Assembly: GCA_964035545.1 (NCBI GenBank)
Contig: OZ037765.1
Location: 1,612,001 to 1,676,000, forward strand
Length of the DNA: 64,000 nt
Direction: 5' to 3'
From: Bugula neritina
Lineage: Eukaryota; Animalia; Bryozoa
Part shown: positions 10,475-24,500 of the stretch, in pieces
How the letters are laid out: every line of letters starts with the position of its first letter
Numbering within the stretch: the stretch's first letter is position 1
The notes under the pieces: generated by a model
What the model saw: only the letters and a program-made list of their open reading frames with translations
Database searches by the model: none
What the model was told of the DNA's origin: nothing
Position numbers and translations under genes: made by a program

Positions 10475-13347
10475 ATGGCAGCATTCAGTTCATCCGAAGT
10501 GAGGCCAAGCCCAGCAAGACCAAGTGGTCTTTCTTATATTGATATTGACGAGGGACTATTTTCAAATAGGAAACACAAAAAGTTTGTTCCTGATAATTGT
10601 AAAGTTCTTCCGTCCATTCAATGTGTTACTCTGTTAATATTTTGCTATGAATGTGAATTTATCCTAAGCTGTCTACCAACTTTTAGTCGACTGTCCGTGG
10701 CATGTAATTCATAATCCACAAACTACAGCATATTTCTAAGTCATTATAAAATCTTGTAACTTTAACTTTTTATTGGTTTTTAGACATGTTCCCATACATT
10801 TGATAATGTGAGTTTCATCATAATTTTGTCTGATTGATTTTATGCTAAGAAAAACATGAGTGAATGTAAAGTTTGGTTCTATGTATAAAGTATTAGTAAC
10901 AGAGGATTTAGCTTGGACTTACCTAAGGTTAAAGGTTAAACTCAAACCACTTTTGGACTGATCCTGATATCATGCAGAGAGTAAACCACAAAAATTCTTT
11001 TAGCACCATCCTCTCTCCCTGAGCAATAACTCTCAATGGCTAATTAGGGATCAGTTATTGTTTTGCAATAAGTGTTTGTTTTTGAAAAATAGAAGAGTAG
11101 CTGATCCAGTAAACATTGAGATCTAAACTTGTTTTACTTCTTTTACAGGAAAAAGAAAATAGCTCTAATAATCAACATTTCTAGATTTACTCGATATGAG
11201 TTACCCAACAGACCGGAATCTGATGAGAAGAGGGACAAGCTCATACAAGTTGCGAGATTTCTTGGTTTCAAAGACATTCGTTTGTCAGAGAACTTGATTG
11301 CTCAGCAAATTATAGAATTATTAACCACAAGTAAGCTGCTTATATTTATTGAATAAAATTTCCTCTTATAATAGTGTAAACTGCCAAATCTTGATTGATA
11401 CTATATATTTAAAAACAAATAGTTTTTAGCAACTGTATATAGACTGGACACCTTAGCTTTGAGATAAAAATATTGTCTATTATTTAACTTGCTTTGGCCA
11501 CTTCAAGGATTTTCTACAAACCTTGTCATAGATGAAATTCTTAATATTTCAATTGGCCTCACTATGAGCATAATTATGACTTGTGTTCAGAATTGATAGG
11601 CAATAACACTTAAGGCTCTATTGCTTAGAGTACAAACTTAAATAATATTAGTAAAAAAAAATTTTAAAGCTAAATTCAATTGTTGAATGCCTGACGTAGA
11701 ACATTATTTTATATGAACTTTTCTACACAATTTCTTTCCTGCTAAACCAAAGTTAAAACTTTTGAATGTTGAAACTTCACTTGCTGAAACTGAAGTTACC
11801 CAACTTGTGACCAACTTGGCCTTCATTGTAGCTTTTCTCATATTTGCCCCAGTTATCTGAATGATTCAATTCCTATTCAACGTAATTAACTTTTGAATAC
11901 AAATATTTTGTCTGTTTAATAAATGCTCAATGTCATGATAAATTTGTAGTTGCATCGGATACGTCATATGACTTGGGTACCCTACTGATATTCTTCCTGA
12001 CATATGGCACTGATAAGAATATCCACGCCACTGACAAGACCATAACTTATAATACTTTGAAGGAGCCGCTCAAACATGCGAATATGAATGGCACATTCAA
12101 ACTCCTCTTCGTTTCTGTAAGTGTGATTCACAGAATATCGCAGGGTCACTTGTAGTTTTGTAAAAACAATTGTTGTAGCTTTAAAATGTTCATTACTCAA
12201 ACTTTATGGGACTCAACCCCAAGTGTGTGTTATTTAGATAAGCTTAATTGGCAAAATATTATGTGGGTAAGAAAATTGATGGCTCTATATTTATTTACTT
12301 ATTTAATTTCTTTTAAATATTATTTACCTACTTTTATTTATTTAATTTTTTTGACTAATCAACTATGCAACAAATGTGCCTAATTATTGCTTATATGAGT
12401 TTAATTCTTCAAGTTATTTTATATTGTAGTTACTATAATATATGCATAGATAGTATAAAACCTTGAAACTAAAGACTATCCAAAGCTAAAATATTTCTTG
12501 TCGAGAAATAGAAGAATTTTTAAAATTTGAAAAGTAGGCATGGTTTTTGTTTCAGGCGTGTCCCCCTCCGCCAGATGTCAGAGTGCCAGAACTTGACTGG
12601 AGGTTAGCTGTCGACAATCTGGTGCCTCGCTTGCGTATTGAATATGACGCTGCTGTGTTTGGATCTCGGAGAAACTATCAAGTTTACGAGGAACTGGATT
12701 TCTTGTTGGCTTATTCTGTATATAAAGGTAACCTTAGTTTAGATATAAAACTATTAGCATTAAATATACCACAGCCCTTCAGTTACTATACATACGACAC
12801 TTGTCACAGCCCTTTAGTTACTACACATACGACACCTGTCACAGCCCTTCAGTTACTATACACGACGACTCACCTGTCACAGTCCTTCAGTTACTACACA
12901 TACGACACCTGTCACAGCCCTTCAGTTACTATGCACGATGACTCACTTGTCATTGTCTTTCAGTTACTACAAATGTCACGCCTGTTCACCCTTCATTTAA
13001 TTTACGTGTTACACAAATCAAATAAAGGAAAAAACAGTTCCGACTCGAGTTAATTACAAAAAAACCGACTTTAATATTTAGGTATCAAGTTTAATACAAA
13101 AGTATCTATACAGATACACATACCATGCAATCTATGTTTTCTTGTTTTAGAATTTAACTTCGTGGATGCTCTTACAACCGTTTTGCTGAGAGATGGGAAG
13201 AAGTTGGATATTTTTACTCTTCTGGCGCGAACACATCGCATGATGAGATACGGTCTCGGCGCCAACCCGGCAACATGTCAAATACAGCAGAGTCTGCCAT
13301 TTCCACGAGTCATATCAACGCTAACTAGTACTTACTATTTCTTTTGA
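10475..13347 (+). CDS. Catalytically impaired caspase paralog B (pseudo-caspase), about 274 aa
   Basis: Exons 10475-10581, 11149-11330, 11950-12116, 12556-12727 and 13151-13347 join in frame (825 nt). Motifs KIALIINISRF, LGFKDI, DFLLAYS and STLTSTYYF are present. SHG has become TYG, QACRG has become SACPP, and YYSWRN is missing. Confidence 0.85.
12770..12970. repeat. 35-bp tandem repeat, about 5 copies
   Basis: ACAGCCCTTCAGTTACTACACATACGACACCTGTC-type units start at 12771, 12806, 12841 and onward. Confidence 0.9.
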
Positions 13348-13856
13348 TTCATTTTGCTTTGCTCTCTCTGCTTGGTATTTTGTATCAATACTTCTATTAC
13401 CAAATTGAATTTTTTTTTAAAATTCATGTTTTCTGTCACTTAAAATGTCATTGGCGGGCTTGTTGATTACCCAACACAATGTTTTATATCGGGTAAAAAT
13501 AGATTCTCAGTTTAGGAAAACAATGACCTCATAGGTCACTTTCTAAGAACACATTTGCCCTTTTATAATGTGGGAGTTATTTTTGTGGTGCCCCCAACCA
13601 ACCAATTTTATTTTCTGATTCATGTATTTATACCTGAAAAAGATTAATTAAAACTAAAGTTCTTTGATGATATGAAAAGTGCTCAGAAAACGGTTTACAG
13701 TAATTAGTTCTGTTCTATACTGTGCATTCATTTTATTATTCTTTTATATTTAATATATAGAGTCTTGCAATGTTGTAAAATAAAATTGAACAATGTATAA
13801 CTTTAAAAAGTAACTACATAAATTATAGAACACTTCGTAATAAAAAAGAGATTGCG

Positions 13857-16800
13857 TCAAACAAGGTGGTTATTTCTCGTGTCCACAGATACCGTCTCTT
13901 TACTTTCGCCAATCTGTATTGCTGGCACGGCAAGACACGCCACAACGCACCTACAGATTCAGAAATAACTAAACATAAACACTTGAGGAAATCTACTAGT
14001 GCTGATGTACAAAGTGCAAATCATGTGCAATAATAATAAATATGGCAGAGTAGTTTATCCAGTATTGCGTCAGTGTTTTAATCTTACTAGGGTGATATTA
14101 GAAAAGACCTCAAGCTAAGATCTTCGAGGAGCTTGAGGTGAAGGAAGTTCATATCTCTATATAAAACTGTTAAGATAAAGTTCTCTAATGTATTTCAACT
14201 ATAGACTACAAACGCACTCACCATATCAAGGTAATCACAGATGTTCGGTCAAATAATACTGGAGAAACCACCGCAGCCAACATCTACATCAAAATAAGCA
14301 GATAAAGTCGTTAATGAAATATTTTATGTAACCAACAGTAAATATAAAACATAATATTGAGCGTTAAATTGTAATTTTTCTTATTCATAACTATAATATA
14401 AACAAAATATATTACTTAAAATACTTGAAAGTTGAAACTAACAAAATTGAGGTCTTCTACCATCTGTTTGTCCTATATTATTAGGAAGTTTTAAATTTAT
14501 CAATTCTTCCGTGAAAATATTAGCATCAAAAACTTAAATTCCATGTTATATGAAAGCAAAGGTGTAAATTGAACACATTAGGTAAAGCTAAACAGCATCC
14601 ATAAAAGAATATAAGCAACACTGTTTAGAGTGGCTAATATTAAGTTATATGGAAATGTGAGAGAAGGAATGTAGACATGTTCATCAGACACCTACCCTTG
14701 ACAAAGCTGTATAACCTGTTATGTTGGTTTTAGAAGAACCATTGGATTCACTGGTTACGTTTTTCAAGTCGTTATTAATAAGTTTAACGTACAGAGCACT
14801 GGTGAATGCACTGAACACTCCACTACAACACAACATTGCATTCTTCGATAAATTATAAAATATTTTTAATGTATAGCAGTTGGTCAAACTTGTCAAAAAT
14901 AATATATTCTCATCCAATACTAGATTCACCGAGATATAGCATATTTGAAAAGTAGCCATAAAAAGCTAAAATAATATTCTTTCATTGCATTCAATTCTAC
15001 ATGAAATGAAATGCAAGCCAATGAAACTATTTAAAAGCATTTTTGAGGCGCCGGCACAAAATATTTGGTTGGACAATAGTTTTATCACAAAACAAAAAAA
15101 ATTAAACAGATAGAGGTTTTAAATCGTCTTCATGATTTTTTGTTTAGAAATTGGGTTAAAAATTCCTCGAGATTTTAAAATTCTCTTAAATCAAAACTAC
15201 TCTAAGGTCAAGAACAAACATGGCACTCATCAGCTGAACATCTTCTTTAATCCGTTCACACACCAGACTCACCTGAGAATAACGCCAACATAGAACTTGG
15301 AGAAGTATAGGTTAGGGTAAGTCTGAACTGCCTGTAAGTCACCTGCACAATGAACAGGAGACACATGAGATTGTACTGTATCGATACTGTAACTTATACA
15401 TAGATCTAACGTATAAAGGTATTATCATATAGATAGAATATTGCGACACAGTGCAGGGTTAACTTACCAAAGAAAAATGTACAAGGAGCTAAAGAGAGGA
15501 ACCTACAAAGAAATGTTTAAAATGGAAACACCGACATAGCTATTACCTCACACTAAACAAAAACAGGGAAGAAATAATTGAAATGGTAAATAAATAAATA
15601 GAGAACTACCATATTAACAAACTACAAGATGTTAACTCACCCAAATAAATTATTTACAATGACAATCCCCTCGTGATCCAACGTATCTTCTTCATTGATG
15701 TATTCAAATACAGCGCAAAAACCTGTTAATGGTAAACAATCAAACAGAATCAACACACAAATCTTAGGCTGAAATAAATTCATCATAATAATGAATATAT
15801 TTAATACTTGTCTACATATATTTAATACTAGTCACATGTATTCAAATCGATTCAAACTTCCACTCACCTGATGATACGAGATGAATGACAACCCAGAAAT
15901 ATGAAATTGGACTCAAAACTGACTACAAGTCAAAAAATACAGAAATTTGAAGTAATTGGAAAATATTTTTGACCGATAGATAGTACAGTGAGTAGTGCGT
16001 GATGCAATACACAACGCTTTCGACATTGTGGCAACAATTGTAGAGTACGAACAGTATTGGATCGTCTATTTTAATAAATGCAAAAACAGGAATTGCAAAT
16101 ACAGTAGTTGTTTTACCCTGATTAATAGTATACACAAGAGAAGACAACTCTAAGACAACATTCTAATGCTGGGACTTACTTGCTCATTATACCAGATAAA
16201 AGCACACGCTGTTAATAGCACCATTTGAGAGAGTATAGTCTGATTTCTCGGTTTCTACAAGGAAATTGAAACAGGAAGCTGAATAAAATAAGCATTCTAA
16301 ATAACGGCCACTGAACAACTCTAGTACTTGATTTTACACATTGATAACTTACTCCTAGTTTTGTGGCATTTGATTCTTATGTCTTCATTTACGAAACCAG
16401 CCGCACACTGTACAATATATTTAAATATATTTAAAACAAAAGAAGAACTGTTAGAGATCTACTAAATTCTAGTTGAGCTGTCTACTGAGGATATAAAGCA
16501 TAGCCACACTTTCTTATCTTTAAAAGTAGATGTTTGTCAAATTTCTGATTGGATAAATGAACTGATGACCAACAAGTTTCCTTTTCAGTCGCTGCCGACT
16601 AGACGCAGCTTGTAAACAACTTTAAGGAGTCGAGATTTCAGATTGAAAACCGGACATAAGATGAGATTCTTACCTCCTCCAAAAGAAACAGTTTGAGTAT
16701 CGTCACGGCAACAAGAGATAAATTCTGTAGACCAAGAAATACTGGGACAGGCTAAAACACAGGGTTGGGGTCACAGAGTCAATAAAATGAAATCAATATT

Positions 16801-19027
16801 TCAGTGCAGGAGCACACAACTACAGTATGTGCAACTAAATTAGACAAAGGGAGACACAACTGCAGAATATAAGTGATTTAAATCTGTCACTAAATTTTGT
16901 CTACCACTCTTTCTATATGCAAGTCAAGGTTATTCAGAAAGCACACAACTCCTGCTAACCTTTGCTGATAATAATGTCTATACTCACCAATTTAGACAAG
17001 GCTTTACTTCCAGCATATATGGAGCACACAAAGAATATGACTTCAGATAAATAATGCAAATTAAAGCATCTGCAAATATAATAATTGTTATAATATGTTA
17101 TCATATGTTATATTATTGCGACGATTCATTTACACTGAATTATATCCTAGCCTTTGTTGTTTTTATATAAGTTTGACATGACATTGTATAATATTGTATG
17201 ACATTGCATTAAGGGGGGAGGGGGGTATAGAAGTCCCACCTTTTGATCTTTATTATAACATTCTGTCTTCTAAGAATACAGGCTAAAACCAGGAGACTGA
17301 CAAGACACTGCCATCTAAACATACGATAATATAACACAGTAATATGTAATATATAACACAGTAATATATAACACAGTAATATATAACATATAACCCAGTA
17401 ATACATAATATATCACACAGTAATATATAATATATCACACAGTAATATATAATATATAACACAGTAATATATAGTATATTACACAGTAATATATAATATA
17501 TAACACAGTAATATATAATATATAACACAGTAATATATAACACAGTGATATATAACACAGTAATATATAACATATAACGCAGTAATATATAATATATCAC
17601 GCAGTAATATATAATATATCACACAGTAATATATAATATATAACATAATAATATATAACATATCACACAGTAATATATAATATATCACACAGTAATATAT
17701 AACATATCACACAGTAATATATAACATATCACACAGTAATATATAACATATAACACAGTAATATATAGCATATAACACAGTAATATATAACATATAACAT
17801 AGTAATATATAACATATAACGCAGTAATATATAATATATCACACAGTAATATATAATATATAACGCAGTAATATATAATATATAACGCAGTAATATATAA
17901 TATATCACACAGTAATATATAACATATCACACAGTAATATATAATATATAACACAGTAATATGTAATATATAACACAGTAATATGTAATATATAACACAG
18001 TAATATATAACATATAACATAGTAATATATAACATATCACACAGTAATACATAACATATAACGCAGTAATATATTACATATAACACAGTAATATATAATA
18101 TATAACGCAGTAATATATAATATATAACACAGTAATTTATAATATATAACGCAGTAATATATAATATATAACACAGTAATATAGTACATATAACAGATAT
18201 AATTCAACGCTATATCACATGCAAAACATATACATAGTTTGAAATATAAATAAGTTCAGAAAGTTTACATAAGGCTTGCAACAATTGAAGCAGTTTAAAA
18301 GAAATATAAAATAATGTTAGAATAAAAAGATACAAACCCTTGGAATATGGTGGGGAAGGTAAACTTCAACACAGACAAAACATACTAAAAGAGAAAGAAT
18401 TTAATTTAATCAGTTGATTGCTACAATTAACAATCAACAATTGAAATAATTTTGCAACAATCATTTAAAAACCGACAACCTATACTTAATGCATTACTGT
18501 ATGTAAATCATTATGTTATCAATCTGCATCATTGTTTATTGCAATACTTCATTAAATAATAAAAATATTTCTTAGAAATTATTGGAGAAAAAAAGTTGTT
18601 TTTCTATTGTAGCTTATCCTTTTAACCCAAAATTAGGCAAAAATATTTGCTGAATGGATAACTAAGATTAAGTATTGCAACAAAATGTTCATGAAAATAT
18701 CATGAGTTGATACTGGAATGTAACCACACAATACACCATATCCACATGCAGTTAACTTATAATGCTGTAAAACATATTTGTATCAAAAAACGTTTAATTC
18801 TTAAAACAATGCAATGAAATTAAATCAAAACAAATCACCTGTAATATATCAGCAAGAGGCTTCAAGGAAAATTATGAAATAGTCAAGAAATTAAAAGATG
18901 AGCCAATTTAAGTTTCTAATGAAAAAAAATAAAAAACCAAATAGTATATAAAAGTGCATACCTTATTAACAAACAATGACAATATGCTAGAGAGTGTAAA
19001 AAGTACCCCAACCATCAAAGGGGACAT
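13857..19027 (-). CDS. TMEM241: TMEM241 / SLC35D4-like nucleotide-sugar transporter, 13 coding exons
   Basis: The spliced translation MSPLMVGVLFTLSSILSLFVNK|YVLSVLKFTFPTIFQG|WQCLVSLLVL...|FFVCSIYAGSKALSKL|PVPVFLGLQNL...|ISYFWVVIHLVSSG...|GDLQAVQTYPNLYFSKFY... matches recalled TMEM241 motifs (NKYVLSVLKFTYPTLFQGWQ; IYAGSRALSRL). The start codon is uncertain. Confidence 0.9.
17325..18195. repeat. About 22-bp AT-rich minisatellite in a TMEM241 intron
   Basis: ACACAGTAATATATAATATATA units, abutting the acceptor of coding exon 3. Confidence 0.95.
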
Positions 19028-21583
19028 GGGGTTGGCATAGAGGATTCTGTAGTTTTCTAGTGACTACAATAAAATAGTAAATTAAATGCCTTTCAAGACA
19101 CGGATTGTTATGCACAGTTATCTTATATTATCTGTACAGCTTTAAACAAAACTTACAAATATATAAGGTATAAATGTGTGTATGATATAAATTAGAGCTA
19201 ATACTTTAGCTTATGGTAAAGATCCTAAAAGAGAGGGAGGTGCTGTGTTTTGGTTAAATTTAAAAGTCAGATGCTTTTGCGGCATCATCAAAAATACGCA
19301 ACACTCTATTCTTAGATAAAAGTTAAGCTAAAACATACCTACACCCTGTAGCACCGTGATTATTACACAATGCAAGAGTTGAAGAAAATTATAACTATAT
19401 CTTCATAGTTTACAACTTTGATTATTCCATCAAATAGTTTTATCTTTATTGTGTCATATTTCATTATAAAACTGAACTAAAATTATTTAACTGGAAAATT
19501 AGGCTATTATTATTAGATTTTTAAACCAATCTAAAGAGCAATTTTAGTATAACCCTAATTGTAAAAGTTGCTATAAATATAAGCCATAAGATTAAGTACA
19601 ACACAAATCATTTATTTGATAGCATTTACTTGTATTAACTGCTAATAAATGATTTACTTTTAGTTTTATATTACAACACAAAAAATATCAATTTTATAAA
19701 TAATATAAGTATAAATAAATATATAAAGTTTAAATATATTTGCAAAATCATTATGATTATAACTATCATTATGACTACAATTAATAAATTGATATTTTAT
19801 TAATTATTATTAAGCTACTGCTAGTACTACTACCACTACCACTACTAGTATCACTATCAACAATTATACAAACATGTTCACATATTTATTATTGTAATAC
19901 TAATATTAATAATATTATTAATATTATCTCTGATTTACTCATTTAGGATTATTCATATTAATTTCTAATTAATTTAAAATTAAACAATCACAATCACAAT
20001 GATTCAACAATGATGATCACGATAACTATCACTATGACTGATAAGTATAAGTATTACCTCTAATATTTGTAATAAAAACTTAATTACATCAATTACTTGT
20101 AATGATAAGCATTATTACTATTATTAAAGTTTATAAGCAATAACTTAACATTGAAAGATTTATAATTTTATTAAATTTAATGATCAACGCTTCTACAAAC
20201 TAATAAAGTGAAAATGATTATCCATTTCAGTGCTACAATGCAAATGAATATCCTTGACCTAACCTAATATTTGCAACTATAAATCTAATCGTTTGAAAAT
20301 GCAGTTAGAGTTGTCCTATCAAAAACAAAAATTGAAACAAAATCACAACTAGAAACGTCAGCTATTAGAGAAAATAACTCGTGTGAAACAATAAACTCGT
20401 TTTGTTATAATAAAGTGAGTTATTTGAATGCATGCAATATTAAGTTTTAGTGCTTAAAGAAAAACACCCTGTTTAATTTTAGAATAAATGAAGTTGTGAG
20501 TGATTTGATTTACAGACATACCTGTTAACTCCCAACCCACATGGAGGAAAATGATATAGATTAACCTGATTTTGCAGGTCAACTTTCCAGACTTGTAGAA
20601 GTTGCAACAGACATCTCTGAACGCAGTTGCAGCTCACACAGAGTTAATCCGACACATGGAGTTTAGTAAACATAATAACCACAATATCAGGTTTAGAAAG
20701 TGCAAGACAAAAAACTTCTACCTGTGATTAACAAAATAACTTCTTACTCAGTCCAAACCCCATGTTTCTCATATCCTTAATGGGTGAAAAGTAAACTGAA
20801 CAAATTTTTTCAACAGAATTGTTAGGCATTTCACGAATATTTAGAATTTTATACAAATTGCTGTTAAATCCTAAACTGATTGTTGCACATGGTCCGTCAG
20901 TTTTAGCCACTAGCATAAATTAATGAACTAAAAATATCACTCAAAAACTTAAAACAAATGTGCAATCCTTAGAATTATTGTTATGCTCCAAACAAGGCTT
21001 ACAAATTAATTAAAATAACTAGATTTCATCTGTCTATATTGTCTATTATATTTCAAAATATAAACAAATGCCATCAATATAAATACTACTACTAGTACTA
21101 GCTAATTTCATTACATCTTTGAGAGGACTAAGTTTGTAACTAGACAATATAAAAACACTGGAGGATATAAAACGGCACCCACACACGCGAGTTGGTTTAA
21201 AACACAGGCTAAAGTACAAGGACACGGGACAGTCTGTATTGCGTAGCTACTAATCATAAGCAAACATAATAAATAAAGACATATGAATAAATTAATCTGA
21301 ATTATCCGCACAATTCTAAATTATTTAGTGTCAAAACAACAGGTAGGCAGAAAATTACAATAATAAAGGTAATTGTTTAAAGCAATGTTTTATAATATAT
21401 TTTTAAAACTTGGTAAATTTTACCATAAAGAACATTTGGCAGGAAGATCTTCAAATAAAAAAGGTAATAAGTATAAACCCAGAAAAATCTGGTGATGATA
21501 GAAGTTTCTATTCCGTGATGTAAGTTACCATATAACAACTAGATCTTCACAATAGTCACCATACAGCAAGCTGGCACCGGACT

Positions 21584-24500
21584 TCATATGCCGGTTTGAT
21601 AGCGCACCATGTTCAACTGCTGGACTACCTTCTCGGCATCCAACTGGCGGAAGTAGTAGTCATCTTCGTCACGCCTCAGTTGCTCCTGGAAATCCTTGAT
21701 GTCTTTCTCCATTTTCTTTCGCAGCTCCATCTTCATTTTATCCAATACCTGAATCCATTAAACCAAATGAATTCAACTGTTTGAGAAAAAACTGAGACTT
21801 GGATGTAAAACACAAATAAATGAAAATTAGAAATAAAAGCAACACACGAAGTATAATACATACTAAACTGTTACAGACTCTACAGTTTCAGCACAAGACA
21901 AACTCTCACCTTGGCTTGCGCCGCGTCCCTCACTTCCACATTCCTACGCTCCTGGGCCACGTTCTCGGCCAAGATGTTGAACTGGTCCTTGTAGAAATTC
22001 TCGAGAGATGCGACGTCCAGCTGCTGTCGATGAGCTCGTTTCTCGCGCTGCTCTCTGGTGTAGTTGCGTAGAGTCTGCATTCTCTCCTTCTGCACTCTCA
22101 GTCCCTCCGCAAACAGTCTCTTGAACAGCTAGACAAACAGATTCATTGCTACATGTCTTCTGTCTGCATATGGTAATATAAATCTTAGAGTTTACTCAAT
22201 TACTGTGCTCAACAGACAAGTTCTAGAGAGAAGATAACTCTACGGATGCATTATGTACAACAGGCTTGCTGTCTATACACCTTGCAGGATGTATTTTATT
22301 GGATAAAAACTACTGGTTAGTAACAACCAGTCTAAGGCTTTTGATTTATGGAAGGGTCAGAAGGCAGAAGATATTTAAGTTCTATTGACAAAGATTATAC
22401 TCGAAAGCTAAAATCATGCTCAAAAATACCATTTTGTAAAATTCGGTAAAAGACACAAAATTTCAATGCTTGGGGAATATTTATTTTATAAGTTGCTCAG
22501 TTACTTCAAAAAGCAGCACAAAGTTCATCATATGAAAGCCTACAAAGCACGAACCAGTGACTTAACTATTATACCTGTAGACTGAGAACCATATTGATAG
22601 ACTAGGAGTGTAACGCACCTGCTCTTCCTTAGTCTTGTTTTTCAGCATACTGGATTTCATTCTAACGGCGTAGTCGTCGTAATACTTCTTCACCCTAGCT
22701 GACTGCACTCTCACGTCCCTCTCCCTCCTCCTGTTCTCTATCTCCGCATTCTCCTTGTCTCTCATCTGTTTCACTCTCTTCGTGTGGTCCAGCTCTTTCT
22801 GCATGATCTTCATCAGTAGACTCTGTCTCTTCTCCGCATCCTCTATCTGCAGAATACACTTACTGTCTAAATATCAATCTGCAGAATACACTCTCTGTCT
22901 AAATATCTATCTGCAGAATACACTCACTGTCTAAATACCTATCTGCAGAATACACTCACTGTCTGAATATCTCTCTGCAGAATACACTCACTGTCTAAAT
23001 ACCTATCTGCAGAATACACTCACTGTCTAATTGTCTATCTGCAGAATACACTCACTGTCTAAATATCAATCTGCAGAATACACTCACTGTCTGAATATCT
23101 CTCTGCAGAATACACTCACTGTCTAAATATCTATCTGCAGAATACACTCACTGTCTAACAATCTGCAAACCCTACTCTAATGGTCAATCGATATATCAAC
23201 TATTTACATAGGAGAAATAGATGCAGTAAGAGCTGCCAGCGTATACTCACAGTAGCCTGCGCCTTGTTACTCTTCCGCTTGTCCTCCTCAAGTGCCTTGT
23301 TAACCGCTGCCGTCTGCTGCCGATGGTTCTTCCACATCTTCTGTATCGTCTCAGGAGCCAGGTACAGGTGAGGGAATTCCTCCATCAGGTTGGGCAAGAA
23401 ATTGTCGTCTGCCGGATCCACTAAAAACATTTTCATAGTCTAACTAGTCGACATAGTCAACTAGATGAAGAAAGCTGCTACTTCATGCCTTCTAGAATAT
23501 CCTGATCAGTTGCTGTGTGCTGTGGAACAATTTGATTGGTTGACCAATCATATTGCACGCTTGTGTTAAGTCATTCTAGCCAAAGTTCATCAGATAAAAC
23601 AAGACTCCAAATGAATAGGAAGTATATTATAAGTATATTATAAGATATTACAAAGAGGGAAATAAGAGAGTAGAATATATTACACTGAATCTTACAAGGT
23701 TTGTCTGTAGCAACGTCCTCAGTGATTGCATCTTTGTTTTGGGAGGAACATTTCTTTTTCTTAATTTTTCTCGTCTTTGGTAACAAAAACCCTGAATACA
23801 CAAAACTCCTTCCATTAAGTAAACAAGACTGATGGAGCTTAGACTGTGCCAAATTCATACAAAGTAGAAGAGTACAATTAATTCACAATATTCGACTGTA
23901 ATACATGATTAGGAAATTCATGCAAACATCTAACGTCTTAGGGACGCGTCTTACACCCCCCACCTTTAGGAGCGGTGACAGGTCTAGACCTGACAGGCTT
24001 ATCCCCGTAAGCTTCAGAGAGACGGAGGACGCTGGCGGTGAACTCCTTGTCTTGCCTCTTGGCCGTATCCTTCTCCTCCTCAAGCTGCTCCCGGTGGGCC
24101 TCCACCATGTCAGTCAGATCATCCTTGTACTGCTTAGCCAGCAGCTGTAACAGAACAGTGGTGTACTCTAACATAGCTATACGTGCATAGCTACAGCTCA
24201 CATTGCCTTGCAGTTAGAGTACTAAACTGTCAACACAGTTTATTTCCTTTCATTAGAAGAATTGCAAAGAGACTCTTTCTTCTACCAGAGATGCTTTGCT
24301 GCAGACCAATATCTTAAATCTCGTAACAGTCTGTCTGTTTTGGGATACAATCACTTCAGCTACCAGAGCAGTTGCACACAGATATATATCTTGTAATAAG
24401 TGAAGAGGTCAATGTGACTCATCAACTGAGAGGTCAGCTAGCTTTGATCTCTCCACTTACCTTCTGCTGCACTCGATCTCTCCACTTCTCTTCGTCTAGA

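Noticed and set aside
5956-13347. Calling the caspase paralogs pseudogenes
   Set aside because: No stops, frameshifts or broken splice sites over five exons each, despite strong divergence.
13348-13856. Overlapping 3' UTRs of pseudo-caspase B and TMEM241
   Set aside because: Possible from AATAAA at 13779 (+) and 13732 (-), but an earlier ATTAAA at 13647 (+) could avoid overlap. It cannot be decided without 3' end data.
4525-14140. Short palindromes (ATACCGC/GCGGTAT near 4525, CTTCACAAA/TTTGTGAAG at 10084, CCTCAAGCT/AGCTTGAGG near 14110)
   Set aside because: Arms of 7-9 bp are expected by chance in 64 kb, and there is no supporting context such as a Helitron CTAG end.
16352-16410. Extra TMEM241 exon-like segment
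   Set aside because: Its phase does not fit, and the flanking exons already join in frame matching the family.
17209-18086. Tyr/Ile/Cys-rich ORFs
   Set aside because: Minisatellite translations; only the short TMEM241 exon WQCLV...IKR is real.
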